Positions 44,425-57,577 are shown, numbered from the stretch's first letter. The stretch is 64,000 bases of DNA from Octopus vulgaris (GCA_951406725.2 OX597822.1:38006001-38070000), one strand, 5' to 3'. Notes: generated by a model not told the origin, from the letters alone. Translations and numbers: made by a program.

Positions 44425-46169
44425 GAGATTCAGTTGAATTAGGTACTTAAGTTGAAGCATCAAGTCAGTACGGTATTATCGAAGTAAGGTGGATAAAATC
44501 AAAGTAAGCAACAGGATATCAAGAAGTGATGCAGTACGACCGTTTCAAGCGGCTCCTTAATTGAACAATGCAATTATTACATCAATTTAAATGCAGTGCT
44601 ATCATCAGCTGCACAAATAAATAGAATTTTAACCAGTTGGACACATTCTCAAATACTTTAACAGAGCAAGAAGATGGAAGAAATTCATGTTGTCGCTATT
44701 GTATCTAAGAATAGACTTACACTTCCAAGAATTGCATGAAGTCCATTGGGATCATAACTTGTAAAAGGATTATGGTTCATTTCTAATTTATTTGTCTTCT
44801 TTTATCAACTACTAAATCTAAGACTAGAAGACTGTCTGTTTAGAGTGAAGGGCAAGAGTGAGTTGACAGTTCATGGCTGGGTATGGTCGTAAATATTGTT
44901 ATATGTATCCCTTTTCTTCAGGGAGGGAAGAAGATATTAGGAGCAGTCAATTGGATATAGAGTAACTACCTATAAAAGGAGACTGGGTAGAAGACTCTAA
45001 ATCATGGTGTTAATTACCAGTTAAAGGAGCAAGACGCTAATAAAACCTAGGATGTTAATACAGAGGAAATTTTATCTTGGGATACTATGAGTGATTATTT
45101 ATAAACATTGTTATGTTGTATAAAAACTAAAATTTAAGACTATCAAAAATGAAATCATAACCAAAGTAGGTAAAATGTTTGTATATATTAATTATCAACA
45201 TTAAAAAGGAAAGATTACATAGAATCAGTTTAATATTCATTCGTGTACTTAATTAATTACTTATTAGGTGGTTTCTATAAAGACTGCTCAGGGCATTTAC
45301 TTATGGAATACTAGAAAGATAAACATAACATGCTATCTATATATTATAAAATAAAGATGTGTACAGATACACATATTTATATATGTGCAAACATGCACAC
45401 ATGCACATACACAAATATTTATGCGTTTATATGGATATAGTATAACCATCTCACATATATTTAAGTAACTGAAAAGTATCTATTTGCGAACAAGAAAAAT
45501 AACAATTTATAAGGGATAAGAGGTTAATAGGTTATGCACACATATGCATATATACACATATACAAATATTTATACGTTTATATGGATATAGTATCACCAT
45601 CTCGCATAGACCTAAGTAACTGAAAAATCTCTATTTAAGAACAGTAACAACTTATAAGGGATAAAAGGTTGATAAGTAAGGATATCAAAATAAGAAAACA
45701 AAATAATAAGAATTTATAGAAAATAATAAGAAATACATATAACCTACATTTAGAGAGACAGGGTATTAAAATTCGAGGTAGGAAAAAGATAAAGGTAACC
45801 CGAAAAGAGGAGGTAGTAGGTATGGGCATAGTGAGGGCAGTTAGAAGTTTCAGACCGAAGACATTTTATAAGTTATAATTTTACAGGTGCTATTATATAT
45901 ATGCTTTTATAGTTTCTAGGGGATATATAATTAGGAGACTTATTTACATAAGTCATTACAAATATACATAATATGATCAGTAGGGGAAGGCATCTGTTAA
46001 AGCATTTGAGAAAAATATATTAATGTGTCCAACTGGTTAAAATTATATTTATTTGTACAGCTGATGATAGCACTGCATTTAAATTGATGTAATGATTGTA
46101 TTGTTCAATTAAATGGAGTCGCTTAAAACGGTCGTACTGCATCACTTTTTGATATCCTGTTGCTTATTT

Positions 46170-46173
<4 letters not shown>
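44422..46173 (-). mobile_element. Older Penelope-like element with ~170-bp terminal inverted copies carrying hammerhead motifs
   Basis: 44497-44665 is an imperfect reverse complement of 45992-46173; (TA)n on both flanks; internal ~150-bp direct duplication at 45390-45680; no intact ORF. Confidence 0.7.
44530..44613 (-). ncRNA. Type I hammerhead ribozyme motif
   Basis: tgcag-CTGATGA-t-agc...gct-t-GAAAC-ggtc-GTA-ctgca; the inverted copy at 46056-46141 (+) has GAAAC changed to AAAAC. Confidence 0.65.
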
Positions 46174-46204
<31 letters not shown>

Positions 46205-46207
<3 letters not shown>

Positions 46208-46515
46208 TGAAGACACGAGGCAGTTCGGCTCACGATTGTAAGGTCGTGATTTCAATTCCCGGTGACGCGTTGTGTCCTTGAGCAAGACACTTTATTTCAG
46301 GTTGCTCCAGTCCACTCAGCTGCCAAAAATGAGTAGTACCTCTGTTTCAAAGAACCAGCCTTGTCACACTCATGTGTCATGCTGAATCTCCCTGAGAACT
46401 ACGTTAAGGGTACACGTGTCTGTGGAGTGTTCAGCCACTTGCACGTTAATTTCACGAGCAAGTTGTTCCGTTGGTCGTATCAGCTGGGACCCTCGTAGTC
46501 GTAACCGACGGAGTA
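46205..46515 (+). mobile_element. SINE with family C body
   Basis: gtgtccttgagcaagacactttatttc...ccttgtcacact...gtaaccgacggagt. Confidence 0.8.
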
Positions 46516-46699
46516 CTCGGGTGTTATATTCCAAAACCCCTCGCCATAGGAAAAAATCTTCTAAGTAGAAACTACTGAATTTCTTTTATTGTTTTTTTTT
46601 ATGATTTGTATATAAAAACCGCAAACAACACCACAAAGGAATCAACGTAAGCTTAAATAATAAACTGCGATAGGTGAACAGCAATATGGCGAGGGATTA

Positions 46700-46832
<133 letters not shown>

Positions 46833-47284
46833 CGTATGTATATATATATATATGTGTGTGTGTGTGTATGTGTGTGAGTAAACACACATACACACATAAA
46901 TATATACATATATTATACATGTGTGTGTACATGTATACATATATATATATATACGTGTATATGTATATATATATATATATGTATATGTATGTGTATGTAT
47001 ATATTTATATATATTTTATTTATCTATTTATTTATATATTGTTATTTATTTAAATATGTCATTATTTACCAGTACACTTTTTATCCTGCTTACTGCTGTC
47101 ATCCAGTCTTTTTGTTCTTCCCTTTCTTTTACTCTCCACCACTTTCTTCTTCTTCCTTTCTTTCTTTCTTTCTCTCCACCACTTGCTTTCTTTCTTTCTA
47201 CTTCCTTCTCTAAATACGTATAAATTACCTCGCCACGCGTCTGGCTTCACATATTTGATCTCTGTAACAGAATGCAACAAAGTA

Positions 47285-47380
47285 TTCCCCTGATGATCCA
47301 TTGCAGTTAGGCGGACAAATGCACATCAATCATCGAATGCTGAGCTCCAAATAACTGCAATGGAGAAACGTACGTAGGAA
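47285..47380 (+). ncRNA. Type I hammerhead ribozyme motif with 13-bp perfect stem II
   Basis: ttccc-CTGATGA(47290-96)-tccattgcagtta...taactgcaatgga-GAAAC-gtac-GTA-ggaa; stem III ACGTACGT is a palindrome. Confidence 0.8.
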
Positions 47381-47590
47381 CAGAATATTTATATTGGTGT
47401 TTGTCTTATTTCCACAGAGTATTTTCAGTATATCATAACTAGTAACACTGCTAAGTACAGTGGTCGACTAACCGCTATACTGGAAGCCAACTGGATAAGG
47501 ACAATCTACGTGGAGCTCTAACTCATACAGTAGTAGTCATATATGTAACTCAACAAACAAAACATGCATACATTCATATGTATGTGTATG

Positions 47591-47669
<79 letters not shown>

Positions 47670-47771
47670 ATGTATGTATGTACGTATAGTTGAAATTTAC
47701 AGAAAAGACGAAGACAGATGTGCGAACAACAAGCAGGTGTATTAGTTTGACGCTCGAGAAAGTGAGAAAGT

Positions 47772-47807
<36 letters not shown>

Positions 47808-47838
47808 TGTGCGTGTGTATGTACGTATACATATATAC

Positions 47839-47898
<60 letters not shown>

Positions 47899-48549
47899 AT
47901 ATATATGCATGTATATATATATGAATGTATATGCATATATATATGTATGTAAATATATGTATCTATGTATATATATATGTGTGTGTGTGTGTGTATATAT
48001 GTATATATGTATATACATTATATAAACACAGAGAGAGAGAGAGAGAGAGAGAGAGCTATCCCTCTTTCCCTTGCTTAACGCGATTAAGTAATCGCTTGGT
48101 GTTCTTGTTCTTGCGTATATCAAAACTGCGTTAATCAAATTTAATAATCAATGGGAATAATTATAATTAATCATGAAAAATAAAAAGTGATTTGGAATTA
48201 CTGTAAATCATTTATTTATTCATTTACTTATTTATTTATTTTAGAGAAAAATTTGTCAAGAGCCAATTGAACAGATTTAGCAATTTTTTTCTGTTTTTTT
48301 TTTTTCCTTCTGTGCGTACATTTTACGATAATAAGCAATTGAATTAACTAGAGCCCCGGCGAACGAACATATTTCTCTTGATATTCGGTTTCATATACAT
48401 TAATCGTTGTTTGATCGTTCCTATATCCCTTATAAATTTATTAAGTATTTTTACTGATATTTATATGGTGACGTTTTCCGTTTCTCCATATTCCTCGTTA
48501 ATAATTTACAACCGTTTCCCACGGCGACATCCTCAAAGGACAAACTCTC

Positions 48550-48583
<34 letters not shown>

Positions 48584-49155
48584 AGTCGTAGCAATTTCAT
48601 CACTCACTTAGGTTGCTGGATTTTTAAAGGTGTTAAAATCATTAGCATTTTCAGGCAAATAATCCCTTGCATATTTTCAATTGTTAATTTGATTTCATTT
48701 TTTGTTCCACAATTCTTGAAGAGCAATAACATCTTCCCCTGTTATAATTTTAATAACCTGTGTGAAAATTCATAGAATACAATATACCTTGAATGTATCC
48801 ATTGTTTCTCAGTTCGGGGTGATGTTGCAGTTGGGGATGAGATGTTTTAGCATAGCCGTTTTGCCGTCGCTTTTTTAGCGTCGCTGATTCGACGCTGACT
48901 TATTTGACATCGGAGGTTTTAATGTTTTTCTCGTTTTAATGATTCTCTCGTACTATCCCTCCCCCCTCTCTCTCTCTCTCTCTCCCGCTCTCTCTTTGTA
49001 ACGCACTCTCTCCCTCTCTATATATATATGTGCGTGTGTGTGTGTGTGTGGGCATATTTCTCCGAGTGAATGAGCAGAGATGTGTTTATGTCAATTGTAT
49101 TCAGTTAATAAATTATAGTGTCCTCCTCTCTCTCTCTCTCTCTCTCTCCTCCCCC

Positions 49156-49194
<39 letters not shown>

Positions 49195-49653
49195 TGTCTA
49201 TCCGTATGTGTAAATTTCTGTGCATGCGCGAGTGTGTGCCTCAGTATTTATTACCAGCTCCAAAAAAAGTACTGCCGCCAAAATAGGCTGAGTCTCCAGT
49301 CAGCCAGACCAAACTATCAGCGTTTAATCATCATACTCTGGTCTCAGCTGGTAGTAAAAAACAATTTGCATATCAAATGAAAATTCATTGAGTTAGGATG
49401 GCCAAAGACATTAAGACAATTTCGAAGACCTTTCTTCTCTGTGGTATCAAATTTTCTTGCAGACATTATTACGAGGGCTGGTGGAAGACTTCCGTTTGCA
49501 ATGGTGGCTAACGAGATTCTGGGATGGCAAGACGAATGTGAGTTCAGCTGATTGGTCGTTTGCAGTTGCTTGTGCACCATTTTCAGAGAACGGTAATTAA
49601 AGCCGAATTCATCAAAACATCGGCGTTGTCTGCCTATATATACATATACATGC

Positions 49654-49717
<64 letters not shown>

Positions 49718-50045
49718 ATACACACACACACATATATATATATACATATATAAATATATATACATATACATGTGTATGCATGTATGTATACATAAGTACG
49801 TATGTGTGTTTATGGTTATATTGATAGTATATGGTCCAAATGGATCCAAATAGATCTAAATGGGCCTGTTATGTATTTCATCAACTGAGCCAAGGTATCT
49901 GACGAATATGTGTGTGTATGTGTGTGTGTGTGTGTGGATGTATATATTTATATGTATGTATGTATGTATCTCTCTATCTATCAATATATATATATATATT
50001 CATATGCATATATACATATGTGTGTGCATATGCAGATATACATAC

Positions 50046-50117
<72 letters not shown>

Positions 50118-50393
50118 TAATAAGGGTGAGAGAATTAGATACTAATTTAATAGTATATCCATTCAACACCAAGTGGCCTAGTGCTCCGAGAAACCTGGAT
50201 TATTATAATATTTTATAATATATTATAATATTTTTACAAAATAAATATAAGAGAGTGGTCACTATATGGCTCACTCTAGCACCAGTTAATCCAAAAGGTT
50301 TCAACCACTAAAAATACATGTTTCCCATGAAAGTCAGTACGATTGTTAGCTCACACGGACAGGGCAAATAAAAAATAACAAAAATACAGATTA

Positions 50394-50475
50394 TTTTGGG
50401 ACAATTGTTTCGCTATTAATGAATTAAATGTAATTTTACTTACAAAAAAATCCACTTGTAGCTCGTCAGCCAAAA
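50394..50475 (-). ncRNA. Type I hammerhead ribozyme motif
   Basis: ttttgg-CTGACGA-gcta...tagc-GAAAC-aatt-GTC-ccaaaa on the minus strand. Confidence 0.8.
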
Positions 50476-50929
50476 CTATCTGGATGAAATCCACTCAATC
50501 ACACGCCAGATTTTACCATAACGATAAATACGCGTGTGGTTCAATTGATTACATCCGACGTTATAATTCAAATGCCCCAACTAACAGCGCGCCAAACTTT
50601 CACGGAAAACAAATACAGCATTTAGAAATAAATGCAGCATAATTATAATTAATTAATAAGGGTGAGAGAATTAGATACTAATTTAATAGTATATCCATTC
50701 AACACCAAGTGGCCTAGTGCTCCGAGAAACCTGGATTATTATAATATTTTATAATATATTATAATATTTTTACAAAATAAATATAAGAGAGTGGTCACTA
50801 TATGGCTCACTCTAGCACCAGTTAATCCAAAAGGTTTCAACCACTAAAAATACATGTTTCCCATGAAAGTCAGTACGATTGTTAGCTCACACGGACAGGG
50901 CAAATAAAAAATAACAAAAATACAGATTA

Positions 50930-51011
50930 TTTTGGGACAATTGTTTCGCTATTAATGAATTAAATGTAATTTTACTTACAAAAAAATCCACTTGTAGCTC
51001 GTCAGCCAAAA
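50930..51011 (-). ncRNA. Type I hammerhead ribozyme motif (tandem copy)
   Basis: Same motif, 536 nt from the 50394-50475 copy. Confidence 0.8.
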
Positions 51012-51256
51012 CTATCTGGATGAAATCCACTCAATCACACGCCAGATTTTACCATAACGATAAATACGCGTGTGGTTCAATTGATTACATCCGACGTTAT
51101 AATTCAAATGCCGCTGTATTTGTTTTCCGTGAAAGTTTGGCGCGCTGTTAGTTGGGGCATTTGAATTATAACGTCGGATGTAATCAATTGAACCACACGC
51201 GTATTTATCGTTATGGTAAAATCTGGCGTGTGATTGAGTGGATTTCATCCAGATAG

Positions 51257-51338
51257 TTTTGGCTGACGAGCTACAAGTGGATTTTTTTGTAAGTAAACTT
51301 AAATTTAATTCATTAATAGCGAAACAATTGTCCCAAAA
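51257..51338 (+). ncRNA. Type I hammerhead ribozyme motif (inverted copy)
   Basis: ttttgg 51257-62, CTGACGA 51263-69, gcta/tagc stem II with canonical G-C, GAAAC 51321-25, palindromic ACAATTGT stem III, GTC 51330-32, ccaaaa 51333-38. Confidence 0.82.
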
Positions 51339-51487
51339 TAATCTGTATTTTTGTTATTTTTTATTTGCCCTGTCCGTGTGAGCTAACAATCGTACTGACT
51401 TTCATGGGAAACATGTATTTTTAGTGGTTGAAACCTTTTGGATTAACTGGTGCTAGAGTGAGCCATATAGTGACCACTCTCTTATAT

Positions 51488-51545
<58 letters not shown>

Positions 51546-52489
51546 GTATGTAATTATGTATGTATGTATGCATGCAAGTACGTGCGTAAATATATGGAAG
51601 ACCGCTCTGAATTCCTGACCTGTTAAGCCGATGATGATGATAGTGCTGATGACGATGAGACGAAGGGGATTAAACGCCACTGCAACAGGATAACCTTCAC
51701 CGTGATGAAGCTCTTTGGTGTTTAATCTGGTGCTTAATGCTGTAACAAGGTAGAATAGTTAGCGCACCGGGCAAAATGCTTAGTAGCGTTTCGTCCGTCT
51801 TTACATTCGGTGTTCAAATTCTGCCGAGGTCGACTCTGCCTTTCATCCCCTCGGGGTCGATGAAATGAAGTACCATTCAGATACTGGGGTCGATATAATC
51901 GACTATATCCTCTCTCTAAAAAAGTTGCTGGCCTTTTGTCAAAATTTGAAAGTTTTATTAGACTGACATTTAGAACTTAAATTAATACGGAAGGTTTTGA
52001 GTTAGGCCACTTTAAAATAAACCTATATTATAGAACAAGGGACTCTGTCAGGCATGTTGTATCAGAAGGGCTAACGAAACAAGAGTAAAGTCGACTGACC
52101 TGGAATTTGATCTCAGGCTGTTGTTGGGGTATAATGAAATATCGATTTGTAATCTAACCACAAGACCACACATTTTTATGAGGGCAGGTACAGGTAATTA
52201 TATTAACTTCAGTACTTCACTGCTGTTTTATTTTATCGACCCCCCAAAAGGATGAAAGATAAAGTTAACTCCGGTGGTATTTGAACTCCCAACTTAAAGG
52301 GACGTAAATAGTTATTGTAAACCAGTCCGGCGTTTTGCCATACTTCAAAAGAACTAAAAGTCAACGGATAGATCTCGAACCAGTAATATATCATTTGCTA
52401 TAACATCATGTTACCGGTTGTACAAAAGAAAGCTTGTTGCTTCATTGTGTTAGCGGATCATTGCATCACTATGTTACTGGTTATATAAT

Positions 52490-52680
52490 ATGACACCTAC
52501 TGGACCACCGTGTTGCCGATTCACCGTCAAGACCTCACGTCTTCTCGGGCTCCGCACTGCAGATTTCCTCCGCCAAATCAGGATAACTGCAGCCCATCCC
52601 AGAAATGAGCTCCGCGAGATGGGGCAGCTGTTTCTGCAGATGTCACTGGCCATTCTTCGCAGCAACGCCTAAACATGCCA
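52490..52680 (+). pseudogene. CRE-like non-LTR retrotransposon extreme C-terminus
   Basis: FTVKTSRLLG...FLRQI...ELREMGQLFLQMSLAILRSNA resembles the recalled FAVETLG..G...LFQRLSVAIQRGNA tail of CRE-type RLE elements. Confidence 0.6.
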
Positions 52681-53371
52681 TTTGTTTTGGGGTGTACAAT
52701 CCGTTACTCCATCCCCATCACCTTCTGCTGTTTAATCCCCACTTTTTCTCTTTTTTTTTTGTTTTCTTTGGTGAGGTAGTTTTGGATTTTATTCTCGATA
52801 ATCTAATCATTTATTCTTTTAATGTTATTTTTTCTTTCCTTCTTGTAAAAATATGTTGCTAATAAAATGTAATTCATTATTTGTGTCAATTTCCAAGAAA
52901 TTAGAGAAGACGCGTGCTGGGTCATCGAGTTAGCGACTATGTGATAGAACACCTGCTAGATCACTGTTACTGGTTACATATCAGAACGCCTACAGGATCA
53001 TCGGGTTACTGGTTACGTAACAGAGTCTCTAATATCTGAATGCTGTGACAACTTCAACAACAGGGCTGATCCAGCAAACCTACAAAAGATATTCCTGCCA
53101 TGACCTTTCTGTCTTTTATTCTGACATAGTCTGTCTTGGACTATATTGCTTAAAGTATAATTCCTTGTTGCCCCAGGTCTGTACAAATCGAAAATACCTG
53201 TAAGCAAAGTTATTCCAGCTGTGACCATCGCATTCATATAATGTGCATTTATTTGTTGTTGCTGAGCCCTAGGTCAAGCCTGATTCAACAGATTTATAAT
53301 CAAAGAAATTTCTCCTCTTTTATTAAAACGTAGTCCATCTTGGTTTACGTTATTTAATGTGTACTTGTTGC

Positions 53372-53404
<33 letters not shown>

Positions 53405-53511
53405 ACACTAGGTCACCTCTGGTCCAGCATAACATCAAAGTGTTCCAGCTGTAACCTTCTTGTCGTTTATTCAGACACAGTGTACCTAGGGCTATATAAT
53501 CTAATGTGTAC

Positions 53512-53817
53512 TGTTGCAGTGAAAATGGTACTCCCCTTCCCACGTAACAAAGTGGTATGAACCAGCCACTATAAAGTCAGATAGTCGTTGTAGAAAGTCA
53601 GTAGTAGTAGAATCGTTGTACGAGTTCTCAGTTGTAGACAGCGTTATCTACGTGATATATACGAGTTCGAGTTACCGTCAAATAGACGTTTCAAAGTAAT
53701 TGTCTTGCGGGGCTATCAGCGATAGCACGATAGACGAGTCAAAGATAATAAGACGCGGAATATCACAACTTAATAATAGCGACAACATACAAGTGGACGA
53801 GGATTCACATTATAACA
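53512..53817 (+). mobile_element. Probable solo LTR (306 bp)
   Basis: TGTTG...TAACA termini with short inverted ends (tgtt..gtgaa/ttcac..aaca), 5-bp TSD tgtac at 53507-11 and 53818-22, internal TATAAA near 53570. Confidence 0.65.
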
Positions 53818-53963
53818 TGTACATCATTGTTGTTGTTGTCAATCGCAATCAAGTAGAAATGTGATCAAGACCATTCCAGCTATGACCATTCCATCATGTT
53901 TTTCAGACATCGTATATCTAAGACTACATTGTCTAATGTGTCCTTTCATGTGGTTGTTTAGCG

Positions 53964-54048
<85 letters not shown>

Positions 54049-55009
54049 CTATCTGTAAATAATAGTAATTATATACTTATGAGCAATCAACGTGTACTGA
54101 CTAAAGAAAATTGTCTAATATTGGTGCATATAAGCCCTAGACGGAAAATTGTGGGTGTTAGTATGCATGGGAATCGAACCTACACCTCTTATATTGGCGA
54201 ATAACACCCACTCTTTTCCGTCGAGGGTTTATATGCATAACATTGTATATAACAACCTCTTCCATTTCTAGATTGATGAACTTATAACGACAGCAAAAAT
54301 CCTCATCATCATCATCATCATCACCAGCATTTTCATCACTATCTTCATCGCATCATCATCATCATCATCATCATCCTCACCAACATCATCGCCACAATGA
54401 CCATCGCCATCATTATTATTACCCATAACCATCTTAACTATCAGCACCAACACCACCAACACCGCCGTCATCACCAACACTACCGTCATTAATAACAGTA
54501 TCGTCATCACCACCACCACCAGCACCACCATCAGCTGTATCACTGGGGCCACCTCCATCATCATCATCATCATCATTATCGTCACCATCGTCATCATTAT
54601 AAAATCAATAGTAACACGTGTGAGTTCGAGCGTCGGATAGAATGTCTTGTGGTATTTGTTCTAACAGTCCGCACTCTAAGATCAAATCCTACGGAGATCG
54701 ATTTCGCTTTTTCATTCTTTGAGAGTCGATAAATAAAGAATTAGTCGAGGACGACGTATCGAACTGGATGTCTTGGAGGTATTTCTTCTGGCTCCTTGCG
54801 TTCCGAGTTCAAATTGCGTCAAGGTGGTTTATTTAATGGTCAATTGGGTTAACACCATCAACTGATACCTTGGGTGCATTTAGCCGGGTTTAATATGTGA
54901 CAAGCATTCGGGCCTGGTTTATGGTTTTAGGATAACAACTTCCTCCCGTTATGGAAGTCCTGTAAAAGATCATAAGTACTGTTTCTTCTTCTGATTAAAT
55001 AATCTAAAA

Positions 55010-55206
55010 CAGTGGTTCCTAAACTATGAGTCGCGACCCACAGATGGGTCGCGAACGGAATCTTAGTGAGTCGCAAAAAGTTATAGAATTACGCATTAGC
55101 TTTGATTAACTGCTGTCTATCGAAATAGTTCAAGACTTCAAGTGGGTCGTCATAAACTGGTGTGATAGATAGTGGGTCGCGACTCTAAAAAGTTTGGGAA
55201 CCACTG
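55010..55206. mobile_element. hAT (Charlie-like) MITE
   Basis: TIR cagtggttcctaaact/agtttgggaaccactg, perfect 8-bp TSD atctaaaa, internal gggtcgcga repeats. Confidence 0.92.
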
Positions 55207-55364
55207 ATCTAAAATATCTTTTATAGGCGCAGGCTTCCCACCCACATGGTCCCGGGTTCAGTCCCACTGCATGACACCTTGGTCATAATGTCTTTTATTA
55301 TAACCTCGGGCCAACAAAACCCTTGTGAGTGGATTTGGTTGACGGAAACTGAAAGAAGCCAGTC

Positions 55365-55427
<63 letters not shown>

Positions 55428-55737
55428 AACCTCGTGAAAGGCTGGTTTCGTCCAAGGAAATAGTGGTTCAATACCTAGTATTTTGGGGAAATTAATTTCT
55501 TTAAATTGATAGGTCAGTAGTTGCGATAGCTCAGATAACCCAGGTCAAACTAACAGCGGACAATTCCTGGCTCTGAGCAACATTCACTGCTTGTAGACAA
55601 TTACAATCTACACTCCATTACAGAGTAATAAAAGCTAGCTAAGGGTGATCTCCCTTGCCTCAGGCAATCTCCTGTTGGAAGGTAAAACACTTAAGTATAA
55701 CAGATTAGTAAAGATAAATGAATTTTATGTTGCTCGC

Positions 55738-56004
55738 TATGATGATGATGACGACGACGATGATGACGACGACGATGATGACGACGACGATGATGATGAT
55801 GATGATGAGGATGATGATAATGATGATAATGATGATAATGATGATGATGACGATGATGATGATGATGATGATGATGTGGATGATGATGATATGATGATGA
55901 TGACGTTAATGATAGCAGCGAAGTGGTAGTGGTGGAGGAGGAGGACGACGAAGAGGAGTGGACAGAAGGTGATGCAGGAGAATAGGATGAGGACGAAAGC
56001 AGAG

Positions 56005-56056
<52 letters not shown>

Positions 56057-56080
56057 CAGCAGCAGCAGCAGCAGCAGCAT
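55738..56080. repeat. Compound trinucleotide array (GAT/GAC/GAG/GTA/GCA)n
   Basis: Directly visible; similar (CAT/CAC)n arrays at 54300-54600 and 56265-56406. Confidence 0.9.
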
Positions 56081-56419
56081 TTAGTGATAAATTGGAGAGA
56101 AGAACGGGATTATGTGGTGGTCATTCAGCTATTAAATGTGTTTTATTTAATGTTAGCGAATTACTTAAAGAGTTGAGCGAACAGGATAGAAACTATTTAT
56201 ACGGAAATATACTCAACCTCTAAATACAACAACAGCTGGTAACACCAGCTCTATTGTCATCCCTGCCACCACCAATCATCATCGTCGTAGTCGTCGTCAT
56301 CACCACCACCATCACCACTACCGCCACCACCACCACCACGATCATCATCATCATCACTTCCACCACCACCATCATCACCATCACCATCAGCAGCAGCAGC
56401 AGCATCAAAAAGCAAGCAA

Positions 56420-56715
56420 TTTACTGATAATTAGTGTAAGCCTGGGCAATTTCATGTGTGTGTCACGTGTTTTTCCTCTGAAGGACGGAGAATTACATAC
56501 ACACACGATTGAATACATACATATTTACGTGGATGACAAATTTACATTTATACCAGTAGTAATTGGTGCACTTGGTTTTCTAAGTAAATGCTTAACTGTC
56601 TGTCTGGATAAGCTTAGGTTTTCAGAAAAAGAAGTCAACCGATTCGTATATTACAAATACAAATTGTAAGTGGAACAGTAAAACTATGCAAGACTTTTCT
56701 CAGGTTTACAATAAG
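56420..56715 (+). pseudogene. RLE-type non-LTR retrotransposon 3' remnant
   Basis: KFTFIPVVIGALGFLSKCL...LDKLRFSEKE, then frameshifted LQIQIVSGTVKLCKTFL. Confidence 0.65.
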
Positions 56716-56881
56716 CCATTGTTTTCGTTATCTACATTCCAAAGATGGAGCTTTATATCTTTGTTAGAAACCAGTTCCTTCATCAAAGGCAGACTTTAAT
56801 AACTGAAAACAAAACAGAACATACATACATACATACATACATACATGTATATATACATACATACTAATACGTATATACACA

Positions 56882-56977
<96 letters not shown>

Positions 56978-57221
56978 AATTACAGGGTCTGTCATGCCCG
57001 GAGTCCAACTTTGATAGAAATAAGCATTCTTGACTGCTATTTCTATTTTTTCGGTATGCGGTCAAGCAACCTGTTTTGCCTGTCCCTTTTTCTTATATAC
57101 AATATATATACTGAACTTTACAGAAGTTCCTGCCGGTAATCGGCTATATTTACATACCGAATTCTACCAGTAAATAATTGGGGTTTTTTAAAAGCCTTTA
57201 TAAAAATTATTTACTCTTATC

Positions 57222-57274
<53 letters not shown>

Positions 57275-57524
57275 GATATACACATGTACATACATATAAA
57301 TCTATATATACACGCGTATGTATATATATATTTCCCTTGTTCGAAGGTTATAATGGACACAGTTTGTGTGTCAAATAGCTAGCTTAAGGCGATGGCCTCA
57401 TGGAGCTAATCACCGACAGCTTTAGTCTTATATCTATAAGACTGCCATATTAATATGGCGATAACAATTAATTTCCAGTAACGCTGCCGTAATCTCTTTT
57501 AGAGAGACTTAGTAATTTTAATAT

Positions 57525-57577
<53 letters not shown>

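Larger units (their letters stand above)
50114..51494 (-). mobile_element. Young non-coding Penelope-like/retrozyme-like element: 536-bp tandem unit plus inverted copy, in (TA)n
   Basis: Unit 50114-50649 is repeated at +536 (50650-51112, truncated); 51113-51494 is an inverted copy of ~50236-50619; copies are almost identical; three hammerhead motifs. Confidence 0.85.

Noticed and set aside
45810-45832. gaggtagtaggt, a 12-nt match to let-7
   Set aside because: Match breaks after 12 nt, no complementary star arm or hairpin nearby, and it sits inside a repeat element
55645-55929. Poly-Asp ORF suggestive of an acidic biomineralisation protein
   Set aside because: Pure (GAT/GAC)n microsatellite; no signal peptide or splice support; similar triplet arrays occur nearby in other frames and strands
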